This document shows positions 62,297 through 64,000 of a stretch of DNA of 64,000 bases, piece after piece. Below the pieces are notes generated by a model, which worked only from the letters and a program-made list of their open reading frames with translations, was not told the DNA's origin and made no database searches. Position 1 is the first letter of the stretch, and every line of letters starts with the position of its first letter. Source of the stretch: Lama guanicoe (Eukaryota). Position numbers and translations under genes: made by a program. The DNA is taken from the NCBI GenBank assembly GCA_013239625.1, contig MU053881.1, positions 186,001 to 250,000 on the forward strand. The letters run 5' to 3'.

Positions 62297-64000
62297 GTAC
62301 GTGGTGTAGCCTTGCTCCCCTGGTCCTGCCTGGCCCTGCCCTGTGGGTCCTCACCCACCACCCGCCGGCTTCTCAGCAGCCCTGTCGTCCCTGAAGGTCC
62401 AAACGGGTGGCGCGGAGCCCCAGCCAGGAGGCAGATTCGGCCTGGCCCTCGGGTGGAGCTGACTCCCCCAGGCATCCAGGGGAAAACAGCGACACCTCCA
62501 CGGAGTGCTCCTGGCTTGGGGGACCCGGCCCGAGTGGGACTTGGTGGCGTGAAGAGCTGAAGGCCTGGGCTCTGTTCCTCAACCAGGGGCCAGAGTGTTC
62601 CAAAGGGCTGGGTGCTGGAGGAAAGGATGGGGTTCCCTTCTCATCCAGCTCTACCCGCCCCTGCCCCTGAAGAGAGTGGTCCTGAGCCAGGGCAGGTGGG
62701 CGTGCTCACCTTCTCTAACACCTGCGGTGCCCGCTGCACCCCTGGTCCCTGCGGCAAGGGCTCCCCTGTTCTTCCAGCGGGCCCCTCATGCCAGCCCAGC
62801 TCATGGGTCCACATCACTCACCTGAGGCTCCAGGACAGTTCTCCATGCAGTGCTTCCTTAAATTTCACCCCGCCCTCTCTCATGGAGGAGGGACTGATAA
62901 GTCTGGAGCTCCCACTGGCAGCTCTCGGGGACTCTGTGGTCAGCCCCCAGGGGCGTCGGGGCCTCCGGCGACAGAACACAGTGGGCGTGCTGATGGAGAG
63001 AGAGCGTAATCCCTGACTCCTCTCGGGGCTGCTGGGGCAGGCAAGGGTCTAAGATACAATGTGTGCCTTCTAGTGGGTCTCCACTCTGGGTTGGGCTCGG
63101 TCAAGCTAGAAGCCCCCATGACCCACACCTGGGCAAATGGGAGAGGGTGTCTGGTGGAGAGAATGATGTCTGGAGTCAGCCAGGAGCCCCACCCCAAGCT
63201 GCCTTCTGAACTTGGCATAGCACGAGTTCTTGCCAAGCCTCGTGTTAGGTTAGGGAGCAGACACATAAGAGCGGTTGTGGGGTGTTTATTATTAGCTAAG
63301 CACTCGACAAGTGTCAGTGCTCTTAATTGTCATGGAAGTCTGGCCACAGGAGAGAGTGGCACCTTCCTGGTCAGAGCCCTTTGCCCTGAGGACACTGAGG
63401 TGCCCTGAGACAGCTCACCCTGACTGACTTGGAAGGGAAAACCTCCCCTGGAGAACAGGAGAGCCCCATTCACCCCTCTCAGCAGAGTAGCCGGAGCTGG
63501 CACAGGGGCCGGGCTGCAGGTATGTCCACGTGCTCAGAGTCTTGGGTGGTGAGGGTTTTTTTTCGCTGGGGACTATTCCTTGCAGCTGGTCTATGCCCTG
63601 AGCCATAGGGCAGCCCGTTCCAGGGGCAGGCCCTCTGCACCCAGGGTGGGAGGCAGCAGACTCCACACTGCTGAAGACCTAGAGCCAAGCCCAAGCCAGA
63701 CGCAGAGGCTGGTCCCTGCGATCACATGCCCTGGGATGCCGCCGCCCCCGCCCCAGCTTCCTGCCCACCCAGGTGATCAGGTGAACCCCTACTTCATTGC
63801 AGATGATGATTCCCCAAAGTGGGGATCCCCCCACACCCAACCTTGGAAACGCCTGCCCTGACTCAGGATGAGTAATTGAAAAGAAAACGACGTGGGAAAT
63901 GAGAAAAGATTTGTGCAATTTCTTTAGCAACTCATCCCTGATAGCGGAAGAGCATACTTTTAAGGAAGACGTACACCCAGCAACTGCATTGCGTTAGAAA

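Noticed and set aside
1..64000. CRISPR arrays, operons or other prokaryotic systems
   Set aside because: The sequence is mammalian; no repeat-spacer arrays or gene-dense coding seen.

Overview
Mammalian genomic DNA, probably camelid (inferred from tRNA-Ala(AGC)-derived SINEs resembling the camelid Vic-1 family). Bases 1 to ~46,000 are intergenic and repeat-rich: L1, L2, MIR, ERV1/ERVL/MaLR solo LTRs, hAT MITEs, SINEs and microsatellites. From ~46,000 on the + strand lie the CpG-island/TATA promoter and coding exons 1-4 of GFPT2 (glutamine-fructose-6-phosphate transaminase 2): 46913-46919, 59563-59670, 61563-61661 and 62171-62296. The gene continues past the window end. I see no new multi-gene system. 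The best leads are: (1) an exact copy of the exon-1 splice donor upstream of the start codon, which could give a GFPT2 isoform lacking the catalytic N-terminal Cys; (2) a perfect 391-bp tandem duplication in intron 1 containing HIF/UPRE/STAT/kB-like motifs; (3) a tailless U5 snRNA retropseudogene ending at U5 loop I; (4) inverted L1 fragments flanking the in-frame-skippable exon 2; (5) old L1 segments with strong local AT-to-GC/CpG gain. Repeat family names come from recognition by eye, and repeat boundaries are approximate.
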